From: Planctomycetota bacterium
Lineage (GTDB): Bacteria; Planctomycetota; PLA2; JAEUHO01
Length of the DNA: 64,000 nt
Direction of reading: 5' to 3'
NCBI GenBank assembly: GCA_965223505.1
Contig: CBDCWP010000013.1
Span: 32,001-96,000, forward strand
In this document: positions 27,756 through 37,197 of the stretch, in pieces
How the letters are laid out: every line of letters begins with the position of its first letter
How positions within the stretch are numbered: position 1 is the first letter of the stretch
Position numbers and translations under genes: made by a program
The notes under the pieces: generated by a model
The model's input: the letters and a program-made list of their open reading frames with translations, nothing else
Database searches by the model: none
What the model was told of the DNA's origin: nothing

Positions 27756-29165
27756 CTACCTCGTGTGAACGTGCCATTCGAGCCCGATGCGCTCGAGCGA
27801 ATACTGCTTCAGATCCATCAACGTCTTCACACGCTCCGAGGCGTTCGGATCGTCGGCCACCAAGATCGGGCCGTCCCGAGGATCCGTCGGCAACACGCCG
27901 TGGCTGCCGCGCACCATCGATGCGTCGAGCGGCACCACGTCCATCAGATAGCGCATGCCCAGCTTCTTGCGCGCCAACCGGCGCGCCACGCGCAGCTTCG
28001 GAAACCGGATGTCGGGATCCAGGAACAGCTCGCACGGGTCGTAGCCGGGCTTGCGGTGGATGTCGACAGTGCGCGCGAAGTCCGGCGCGCGCCGATCGTC
28101 CAGCCAGTACGGGTAGGCGAACCAAGCGTCCGGTCGCGCCAACAGCACGATGTCGCCGACGCGCGGGTGCTCGAGGCCCAGGGAAACGCGCGCGTCGCGG
28201 TTGAGGGCCCGCCACACGCCCTGTGCGCCCCGCAGCAGCTTCGAAACGCGCTCGTGGTCGGTCGGATCCTTCAGGTAGACGTGCGCGACCTGATGGTCGC
28301 AAACGGCGACCGCGCGCGAACGGAACACGTCGATCAGCTCACCGAACGGCCCGTCGCGCACCTCCAACAAGCCCGCCTGCCGCAGGATGCGGTTCGGGTA
28401 CGCCGCCCTCTGCACCGGCATCAGGCCGTACTCGGAGAACGCGACCACCTCGGCGCCGATCTCGCGCGCCGCGTCGATCACCATGCCCGCGCAGCGATCG
28501 ACCTCGGCGACCCGCTCGGGGGTACCGGGCGCGTCGGGACCGAAGCGCTGCAGGTCGTAGTCGAGGTGCGGCAGGTAGACCATCGTGAAGGACGGCTTCT
28601 TCTCCCGCAGGGTCAACGCCGCGGCCCGGGCGATCCACTCGCTCGACTTCAGGCCCGAGAGCGGGCCCCAGAAGGCGTGGAAGGGAAACGCGCCGAGGAC
28701 GCGTTCGAGGCCGGGCGCGAAGCCGCCGGGGTTGCCGTGGATGCCGAACACCTTGGAGCCGTCCGCGCCGTACCAGGGCTTGGGCGTGACCGACCAGTCG
28801 ACCTCGGCCCCTTCGTTGAACCACCAGAAGAGCTTCGCGCTCGTGAAGTGCTTGCCCTGTTTGTTGGCCAACCGGCGGCCTGCGGCGTAGATCGTCTCCC
28901 CCTGGATGAGCGCGTTGCTCTGGAGCCAGAAGCGAACCTCGCCGGTCTCCCTGTGCAGCCATCCGTTGCCGACGATGCCGTGTCCGGAAGGCGACAAGCC
29001 GGTGAGGGCCGAGGCTTGCGCCGCGCAGGTGACGGCGGGCACGACGCCTTCGAGCGGCGCCGTGCAGCCTGCGCTGGCGAGGCCCTTGAGGTTGGGGGCG
29101 TAGTCCAACAGACGGGGTGTGAGACCCACGATGTCGAGCCAGACGAGGGGGCGCAGGGAGGACAC
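27756..29165 (-). CDS. Alkaline phosphatase superfamily nucleotide pyrophosphatase (EboF-like)
   Basis: DIVGLT, PAVTC, HGIVGNGW, YLPHLDY, SEYG, DHQVAH, VDIHRKPGYDP and RGSHG. Confidence 0.88.
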   Translation of the reverse strand: MSSLRPLVWLDIVGLTPRLLDYAPNLKGLASAGCTAPLEGVVPAVTCAAQASALTGLSPSGHGIVGNGWLHRETGEVRFWLQSNALIQGETIYAAGRRLANKQGKHFTSAKLFWWFNEGAEVDWSVTPKPWYGADGSKVFGIHGNPGGFAPGLERVLGAFPFHAFWGPLSGLKSSEWIARAAALTLREKKPSFTMVYLPHLDYDLQRFGPDAPGTPERVAEVDRCAGMVIDAAREIGAEVVAFSEYGLMPVQRAAYPNRILRQAGLLEVRDGPFGELIDVFRSRAVAVCDHQVAHVYLKDPTDHERVSKLLRGAQGVWRALNRDARVSLGLEHPRVGDIVLLARPDAWFAYPYWLDDRRAPDFARTVDIHRKPGYDPCELFLDPDIRFPKLRVARRLARKKLGMRYLMDVVPLDASMVRGSHGVLPTDPRDGPILVADDPNASERVKTLMDLKQYSLERIGLEWHVHTR

Positions 29166-29178
29166 CTACGAATCCTAC

Positions 29179-29213
29179 GGGAGGCGGGAAGCGGGAGACG
29201 GGAAACGGGAGCC
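29179..29213 (+). repeat. Five tandem heptamers GGGA(G/A)NC
   Basis: GGGAGGC GGGAAGC GGGAGAC GGGAAAC GGGAGCC. Confidence 0.8.
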
Positions 29214-29240
29214 TGAATCCCGCGGCGCCCGGGTACGAAC

Positions 29241-29272
29241 AAGGGCCGCGTCCCTCACGGAACGCGGCCCTT
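29241..29272 (-). terminator. Probable intrinsic terminator of groEL
   Basis: 11-bp stem AAGGGCCGCGT/ACGCGGCCCTT 30 nt downstream of the groEL stop; weak U-tract. Confidence 0.65.
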
Positions 29273-29302
29273 CGAGGTTCGAGAACGGGCTTCTGCGAAT
29301 CC

Positions 29303-30973
<1,671 letters not shown>

Positions 30974-30991
30974 GTTGGTTTCCCTCGCTCT

Positions 30992-31321
30992 CTACTTCTT
31001 GGACTTCTTGGACTTCTTGGAACCGTCGTCGACGACCGCGAGTATCTCGCTCTCTTGCAGGATCAGGTACTCGTGGCCCTGCTCCTTGACGGTCGTGCCC
31101 GCGTACGAACCGAAGATGATCCGGTCGCCCGGCACGACGCTGAGCGGGATGCGGTTGCCGTCCCGGTCGTACTGCCCGTCGCCGAGCGCGATGACGCGCC
31201 CTTCGGTCGGCTTCTCCTTCGCGGAGTCGGGAAGCACGATGCCTCCCGCCGTGGTGTCGCTGGCTTCAATGCGCTCGACGAGCACGTTGTCGTACAGCGG
31301 CTTGATGTTGGCCTTGCCCAT
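30992..31321 (-). CDS. groES: Co-chaperonin GroES
   Basis: IKPLYDNVLV, TAGGIVLPDSAKEKP and ESEILAV; extra KKSKKSKK tail. Confidence 0.97.
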   Translation of the reverse strand: MGKANIKPLYDNVLVERIEASDTTAGGIVLPDSAKEKPTEGRVIALGDGQYDRDGNRIPLSVVPGDRIIFGSYAGTTVKEQGHEYLILQESEILAVVDDGSKKSKKSKK

Positions 31322-31348
31322 GTGAGTCGTCTCCTGCCGACGCGCGCG

Positions 31349-31798
31349 TCAGCGTCGGTTCGTTCGGTCGGATGCGTCGATTCGATTCGTCGGCTCGAAC
31401 CCGGCCACCGCCCGCAGGGCGGCGCGCACCGTCGGCTCCTGCGGCGGAAGCGGCAGAACCGTCCCGACGCCGGCGCGCAACGCGTCGAACCAGAAGTCGC
31501 TGCGGGGTGCGCGGGTCATCAGCACGAGCCGGCGCCCCGCGATCCGGCGGACCTCCCGCCAGAGGGCTTCCCCCTCCACGAGCTCGTCGCCTTCGGAATC
31601 CGCATCCCAGAAGGCCGAGTCGAGGAACGAAGCCGCGAACGGCTCCCGGCGCACCGAGTCGAGCGTCTCGCGCCCGCCCCGCGTGAAGTACGGCCGGAAC
31701 CCGCAGCGCCGGATCATGCCGTCCAACTCGTCACGCAGTCCGGCGCCCTCCCGAGGGCGGGATCGCAGGGTGACGAGGACGGTGGAACTCGGCGTCAT
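31349..31798 (-). CDS. Atypical (pseudo) receiver-domain protein
   Basis: Receiver-like pattern G.ETL..V...PF...FLD, LVLMT and DALRAGV..VLPLP; acidic pair and conserved Lys absent. Confidence 0.55.
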   Translation of the reverse strand: MTPSSTVLVTLRSRPREGAGLRDELDGMIRRCGFRPYFTRGGRETLDSVRREPFAASFLDSAFWDADSEGDELVEGEALWREVRRIAGRRLVLMTRAPRSDFWFDALRAGVGTVLPLPPQEPTVRAALRAVAGFEPTNRIDASDRTNRR

Positions 31799-31813
31799 GA
31801 AGCGAATGGCGTG

Positions 31814-31828
31814 GCAAGCTCGGTGCCA
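31814..31828 (-). promoter_or_regulatory. Sigma-54 promoter embedded in a 9-bp inverted repeat
   Basis: TGGCACCGAGCTTGC matches TGGCAC-N5-TTGC; inverted repeat GGCGTGGCA-N7-TGCCACGCC at 31808-31832. Confidence 0.7.
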
Positions 31829-31979
31829 CGCCCACGCATCAGATGGGTGACAGCGCGTAACCGGTCCCCATGGCGGCAGTTACGTCCAGAGCCCGACATC
31901 GGGCGGCATCGGCTCCCGCGCGACGGCGTGCCAGAATGTCAGCCGCACACGACGGACGCGGCGCCAACCTGTCCGTCTG

Positions 31980-33023
31980 TCAGGCGCCGGGGAGGGGGAT
32001 CTTGACCAGGGCCGAGAGCAGCGGCAGGAGGGCCACGGCGACGCGCGCCGCGCCGGCCCAGAGCGAGGGGGTCAGGTCGTTGTCCTTCAGGAAGGACTCG
32101 CGGGTGGGCGCGTTCTCTTCGTCCTTGCCTTCCTCGACCGCTTCCCGGGCCAGGTCCTCGGCACGCAGCTGCAGAAGCAACGCCGCGGGGAGGTAGGCGA
32201 GGACGAGCACGGAGGTGAAGCCCGCACCGATCACGAGGGTCATCGAGCCGCCCAGGTCCTCGAATGCCGAGGATGGGATCCCGGAATCGGGTGTCATGGC
32301 GTGCGCAGGTGCGACGGCGAGCCCGAGCCGAATGATGAGCTGGCTGTAGGCGACGACCCCGAGCACGAGCGTGGCAGCGCCGAGATACAAGAACAGCCTC
32401 AATCGGTGCTGCGCGGCGCGCAAGCCCGCGGCGTCGTCACGACGCGTCGGTGCGAGCGTCGAGCCCATGGCGAATCCGACGAAGATCAGCAGGGTCCACA
32501 TCACCCACCAGATCACGTGCAGCTTCGTGCGGAACGAGTCGGGCTCCGCGAGAAGCCAATTCGCACCGGCATGTTCCGTGCCCTCGGCCTTCACCGCGAG
32601 ATGGGTGAGCAAGCCGTCCGCCGACGCGAGCCAGGCACTGCCCGACTGCGGGAGGAAAAGCCAGGCGAACAGCCCGCAGATGAGCACGCCACGCGTGACA
32701 GCGCCGAGAACGTAGCCTTTGCCGAGCCGCGGCCGGTTCTGGTGGATCGTCAGCAGCGCGACGAGCACGGCGATCAGACCGACGGTGATCATCGCGATGC
32801 GCGCGGCGACGTGCCGGAGCCACGCCGAGTGCCGCGCCGCGGCGAGCGTCGTGCTGTCGCCCGGGACGAACTCTACGTCCTCGAACGCCGCGACGGCGCC
32901 GGAGCCGCTCGACCAGATGAGGCCGGCAGTGATGAAGAACCCCAAGAGCCCGAGGTACACGGGCATGAAGTGGTAGCGCGGCGCCCACACGTCGCCGATC
33001 CCCGGTCGCACGTCCCGCACCAT
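31980..33023 (-). CDS. Hypothetical polytopic membrane protein
   Basis: About seven hydrophobic helices; GGGGGAG SD. Confidence 0.7.
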   Translation of the reverse strand: MVRDVRPGIGDVWAPRYHFMPVYLGLLGFFITAGLIWSSGSGAVAAFEDVEFVPGDSTTLAAARHSAWLRHVAARIAMITVGLIAVLVALLTIHQNRPRLGKGYVLGAVTRGVLICGLFAWLFLPQSGSAWLASADGLLTHLAVKAEGTEHAGANWLLAEPDSFRTKLHVIWWVMWTLLIFVGFAMGSTLAPTRRDDAAGLRAAQHRLRLFLYLGAATLVLGVVAYSQLIIRLGLAVAPAHAMTPDSGIPSSAFEDLGGSMTLVIGAGFTSVLVLAYLPAALLLQLRAEDLAREAVEEGKDEENAPTRESFLKDNDLTPSLWAGAARVAVALLPLLSALVKIPLPGA

Positions 33024-33097
33024 CAGCTCCCCCCGACAACCGGGGCGTACGCTACGGCGACGTCGCCGTACGGGTCAAGCGGGCGAGGCCTGCCGAG

Positions 33098-34030
33098 CTA
33101 GCGGACCGTGACGGGAATGATGCCCGTGGTACGGACCTTGACCAGCTCGATCTCGGGCAGCTGAATGCGTACGGGCGCGCCGCCGATGTTGCTGGCCAGC
33201 GAGGTCTCGAAGACCTGGATCGGCCGCTTGAGCTTGCTCATCGTGGCCCGGATCTCGCCCATCACCGTGCCGGTGCCGGCGGTCCCGGCGCCACCCAGGG
33301 TGGCGGCCTTCTTGCGCAGGTCGTTCACCATCTCGAGGTACTGACCGACCTTGCCGACCAGCTCGCGCAGGTAGTCCGAGTCGTGCTTCTCGGCCAGCCG
33401 CTCGAGCTGGCCCTTGCCGCGCGCGCTCACGGCCGGGTCGGGACTGAGCATGAGACGCACGGCCTTGTTCACGGCTTCGTTGACGGCCTTCTTCGCGGCG
33501 GCCTCTTCGGCGGCGGCGGCCTTGGCGCGCTCGGCCTCGGCGAGGTTCTTCCACTCCTGCGCGGTGTACCAGCGGTCGCCGTGGCGCTCGAGCCCCTGCC
33601 TGCGCTTGGCCTCGTCGGGGGTGCACCACTCGCCCTTGTGGCGGATGTGTCCGAGCATGGCGTGCGCCTTGGCGTTCTCGGGATCGATCTCGAGGATGGC
33701 GTGCGCGAGCTCGTCCGCCTCCTCGGCGCGGCCGATGTCCTTAAGCCACTTGGCGAGCAGCAGGCGGTTCGCGGTGTCCTCGTCGTCGAGCTTGGCGAGG
33801 TGGTCCTTCACCTGCTTGTCGATGGAGGTGCCCTTCTGCCACGTCTTCACGTCGGCGATCGGGATCTCCTTCGGGCCGAAACGGCTCATGACGACGTAGT
33901 TGTCGCCGTCCTTGATGACGACGCCTTCGACGATCTTGCCGTCTTTCAGCTCGAGCGTGTCGGCCCAGGCAGGGGCGGCGAGACAGAGCGCCAACAGGCA
34001 GCTCAACGAGAGAGTGATCCGACGCATCAT
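33098..34030 (-). CDS. Secreted TPR/HEAT-like protein with a secretin-like C-terminal beta-hairpin
   Basis: Signal peptide, DTLELKDGKIVEG beta domain, TPR (IDPENAKAHAMLG), G.W.T.DE...G.W.T repeat and C-terminal RPIQVFETSL...IQLPEIELVKVRTT. Confidence 0.7.
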   Translation of the reverse strand: MMRRITLSLSCLLALCLAAPAWADTLELKDGKIVEGVVIKDGDNYVVMSRFGPKEIPIADVKTWQKGTSIDKQVKDHLAKLDDEDTANRLLLAKWLKDIGRAEEADELAHAILEIDPENAKAHAMLGHIRHKGEWCTPDEAKRRQGLERHGDRWYTAQEWKNLAEAERAKAAAAEEAAAKKAVNEAVNKAVRLMLSPDPAVSARGKGQLERLAEKHDSDYLRELVGKVGQYLEMVNDLRKKAATLGGAGTAGTGTVMGEIRATMSKLKRPIQVFETSLASNIGGAPVRIQLPEIELVKVRTTGIIPVTVR

Positions 34031-34216
34031 TCGGCTCCAAACGGCACCGTGGCCAGCCATGGTACGCGCCCCACGCCGCCGGACGGCGCGGGCGTCCCTC
34101 TTCCAAACGCGCGCCGGGCGCGTTCGCCGCGGGAAACGCGGGGCGCGGCCTCGATCCGGCCTTTGGGCTCTATGCCCGTCGAGGACCGGGTTGGGTCGGG
34201 CCGGGCGCAGCCCCAT

Positions 34217-34609
34217 TTACTGGGGCAGAAGGAACCAGCGGCCGTCCACGCGCTCGAACCGGTAGTGGGTCTCGGATCCCCAGGCCTCGCGCCAGTAGAC
34301 GCCCACCTCGCCCTGGTCGCCCATGGTCACGACGGAGGTGACCATGAACCGAGCGCCGCGCAGCCGCTCGACCTGCGCTTGAACGGCCGAGCGCACGAGC
34401 AGCCGCTCCTCCTCGGAGTCGGGGCCGGCGCGCAGGAACGCCATCACCCGGTCCGCGTCGCCGGAGGTCAGCGCCTCGCAGAAACGCGTTGCGCGCGCGT
34501 AGAGCGTCGACTCGGGATCGACCTGGGAGTAGCCGAGGCTCGTGAAGACGAGCACCAGCATCACCGCGAGCGCCGCGCCGGGCAGGATGGTGGTGACGTG
34601 CTCGCGCAT
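34217..34609 (-). CDS. Membrane-anchored NTF2-like hypothetical protein
   Basis: N-terminal TM; F.EAL.SGD helix; FERVDGRWFL C-terminus. Confidence 0.6.
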   Translation of the reverse strand: MREHVTTILPGAALAVMLVLVFTSLGYSQVDPESTLYARATRFCEALTSGDADRVMAFLRAGPDSEEERLLVRSAVQAQVERLRGARFMVTSVVTMGDQGEVGVYWREAWGSETHYRFERVDGRWFLLPQ

Positions 34610-34704
34610 GCGCGGTCCGATTGTGCGACCCGACCGCCCCACGCGCCCAGGCAATCTCCTACGATAGCGGGTTCACTGCTGTTTCGGGCGGGAAGGAGCT
34701 CCTC

Positions 34705-35748
34705 ATGCGTGCATTCGGTTGGCTTTGTTTGGTGACGGTGATCGGGATCGGATGCGTCGCGAACGACGCGCACGCCGACGAGGGTCGGAGTGCGGAGGAG
34801 ATCCGCCGGGCGATCGCGGAGATCGAAGCGGAGATCGCGCGCATCGAGGCGACGGTCAAGTCGCTGCAGGCGCGCGCGGCGTTGCGACGCGGCATCGAGG
34901 ACGTCACGCGTCGCCGCATCGCGCTCGAACAGCGCGCCGGGAAACGAATCGGCGTGGGCACGCGCGAGCTGGATCCGTTCGGCCGGCGCGTCGAGGCGCG
35001 CAAGCGGATGGAGCGACAAGCGGAACCGCGCCTCCTGGCCGTGGGCGAGGCGACCTACGTCGCCAAGGGCGGCGGCGGGGACGCGAAGGCGTCCAAAGCC
35101 GCGAAGAAGAAGAAGGAGTCCCTCGAAGCCCGCGTGGCGCGCCTCGAGGCGGAGAACAAGAAGCTGCACGCGATGATCAAGTCGCTGATGCAAGACAAGG
35201 CGCACTCCGTTGTTCCCCAACCGCCGAAACCCGCCGCCGCCGCGTATCCCATCGTCACTCGCAAGCTCGCTCCGGTCGCAGCGAAGAACGCCTACACGAC
35301 CAGCGTGAAGGCCAAGAAGGGCGGCGGGATCGAGGCGCGTCTCGACCGCATCGAGAAGCTCTTGATGAAGCTGCTGCAAGGCAACAAGGCGAACGCAGGG
35401 TTCGCGCGCGCGCCCGTCGCACCCGGCGCGCCCGTGCCGCCACGCCGTGTGAAGATGAAGGCGCCGCCGGTGCGCGTCGGCACGAAGGTGTTCGAAGTCG
35501 TCGACGGGCAACCCGGTCGAACGGTGACGTACGGCGTGAAGCGAGCCCCGGTCAAGGTGGGGTTCCGGACCGAGAGCGTCGACGTCGAGAAGCGCCGAGG
35601 CCCGTCGCACTCCGTCGAGTACGGCTACAAACCCAAGGCCGCGAAGAAGCGCATGGACGACGTGAACGCCCAGATCCGCATGCTCGAGAAGCTGCTCGAG
35701 CAGGCCGAGGAGCGCATGCGGGCGCTCGAGCGGTCGCTCGGCAAGTAG
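34705..35748 (+). CDS. Secreted Lys/Ala/Pro-rich coiled-coil protein
   Basis: AAGGAG SD, signal peptide and repeated LEARVARLE / IEARLDRIE coiled-coil units. Confidence 0.7.
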   Translation: MRAFGWLCLVTVIGIGCVANDAHADEGRSAEEIRRAIAEIEAEIARIEATVKSLQARAALRRGIEDVTRRRIALEQRAGKRIGVGTRELDPFGRRVEARKRMERQAEPRLLAVGEATYVAKGGGGDAKASKAAKKKKESLEARVARLEAENKKLHAMIKSLMQDKAHSVVPQPPKPAAAAYPIVTRKLAPVAAKNAYTTSVKAKKGGGIEARLDRIEKLLMKLLQGNKANAGFARAPVAPGAPVPPRRVKMKAPPVRVGTKVFEVVDGQPGRTVTYGVKRAPVKVGFRTESVDVEKRRGPSHSVEYGYKPKAAKKRMDDVNAQIRMLEKLLEQAEERMRALERSLGK

Positions 35749-35885
35749 CGACCAGGTCGAAGCCGCAGCCCGGCGTCTGTAAAGACCGCGTAATGAGCGC
35801 GTGAAGACCCGGAGATTGGCACCGGGCCAGGCATCGTTCAGTCGGCGCACGAGACCTATTCTCGGCGTGCTGCTGAGGACCCCGG

Positions 35886-36584
35886 ATGTCGAACGAACGT
35901 ATTCTCGTCGTCGAAGATGAAGCGGATCTGAGGGAGGTACTCTCCTACAACCTTCGCCGCGAGGGGTTTCGCGTCTTCCTCGCCGGTACGGGGCGCGACG
36001 CGCTGGAGAGTGCGCGGGCCAGGAAACCCGACATGATCCTGCTGGACCTCATGTTGCCCGACGTCGACGGACTGGAGGTCTGCCGCCTGGTTCGTCAGGA
36101 TCCGGGGATTGCCGGAACGCCCATCATCATGTTGACGGCGAAGAGTGAAGAGACCGACGTGATCATTGGTCTTGGCGTCGGCGCGGATGACTACATCCCG
36201 AAGCCGTTCAGCGTCAAGGAACTCGTCGCACGCGTGAAGGCCGTCATGCGCCGCGGTGGACACGAGCAGCCGGAGGCCGACCGCCGCGCCGTCCGCCACG
36301 GTCCGTTGGAGATCGATCCCGCGCGTCATGAGGTTCGCGTCGACGGTACGTACGTACAGTTCACGGCGACGGAGTTCCGCCTGTTGCTGTTCCTCGTGTC
36401 ACGGCCCGGCCGTGTCTACGAACGAGACACTCTGTTGCGACGCGTTCTCGGCGACGATGCGATCCGAATCGAACGGAACATCGACGTGCACATCCGTTCC
36501 ATTCGGAAGAAGCTCGGAGTGCATCGCAACATCGTCGAGACCGTGCGCGGCGTCGGATACAAGTGCCGCGAACACCGGGAGTGA
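35886..36584 (+). CDS. phoB: OmpR-family response regulator, PhoB-like
   Basis: VVEDE, LLDLMLP, MLTAKSEETD, GADDYIPKPFS, RNIDVHIRSIRKKL and TVRGVGY. Confidence 0.8.
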   Translation: MSNERILVVEDEADLREVLSYNLRREGFRVFLAGTGRDALESARARKPDMILLDLMLPDVDGLEVCRLVRQDPGIAGTPIIMLTAKSEETDVIIGLGVGADDYIPKPFSVKELVARVKAVMRRGGHEQPEADRRAVRHGPLEIDPARHEVRVDGTYVQFTATEFRLLLFLVSRPGRVYERDTLLRRVLGDDAIRIERNIDVHIRSIRKKLGVHRNIVETVRGVGYKCREHRE

Positions 36585-36590
36585 CAGCTG

Positions 36591-36756
36591 ATGTTCCGCG
36601 CGAGCCTGTTCTGGAAGACCTTCGGCTCGTTCCTGATCCTCGTCGTCCTGACGTCGCTCGTCGGCGGATTCGTGGCGGACTGGAACGTTCGGAACGAAGT
36701 GGAACGGGAAAGCCAGGTCACGCTCCGGAACCAACTGGAGTTGATCTACGAGCTGT
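36591..36756 (+). CDS. 5' fragment of a PhoR-like sensor kinase, cut at a junction
   Basis: MFRASLFWKTFGSFLILVVLT TM follows the phoB-like gene; the sequence then switches to the antisense of another gene. Confidence 0.6.
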
Positions 36757-36758
36757 TT

Positions 36759-36845
36759 GCCGATGCGCTGCCACGATTCGCCGTTATCGGCGCTGCGCAT
36801 CACCCCCTGTCCAATGGTGCCGGCGAGCATGACCATCTTGTCCAT
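36759..36845 (-). CDS. 5' fragment of a BNR/Asp-box beta-propeller protein, cut at a junction
   Basis: GGAGG SD; MDKMVMLAGTIGQGVMRSADNGESWQRIG contains an SxDxGxSW Asp-box. Confidence 0.65.
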
Positions 36846-36982
36846 CGGATTGCCTCCTACGCTGGTGGGGGCGGGCGCTCTTGTATCGCCGTCCCCACGC
36901 CGTGTTTCACACGTTGGACCCAACCAACACGAGCGCAGTATGGCCCACTCGCCACGGAAAGTACAGCGTGGAAAATCACGCT

Positions 36983-37012
36983 TTGACACGCCCGCGCCAC
37001 TTGTGCTAGAAC
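36983..37012 (+). promoter_or_regulatory. Candidate sigma-70 promoter
   Basis: TTGACA-N18-TAGAAC with TG extension. Confidence 0.35.
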
Positions 37013-37197
37013 ACACGAGACCAAAAAATCGCCGCCTCATCCGGCTGCTGACGCTTCGCACCGCGACTGCTGACACGCCCCCTCGCTCGCTGACGCTCAC
37101 TTCAAGCGCTTATACCCAATTATTGACGCCTTTTGGCCAGATGAGATGCGTCTGTTTGCGTCCGTTGTCTTCATCCAACTGCAAAAGGAGAGGTAAC

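Noticed and set aside
31800..31980. CIRCE element upstream of groESL
   Set aside because: The inverted repeat present has different arms and a 7-nt spacer, not TTAGCACTC-N9-GAGTGCTAA.
36757..37197. 147-aa N-terminal extension of the binding protein in the ORF track
   Set aside because: The real start is ATG 37198 with SD and signal peptide; the extension crosses another gene fragment and a promoter region.
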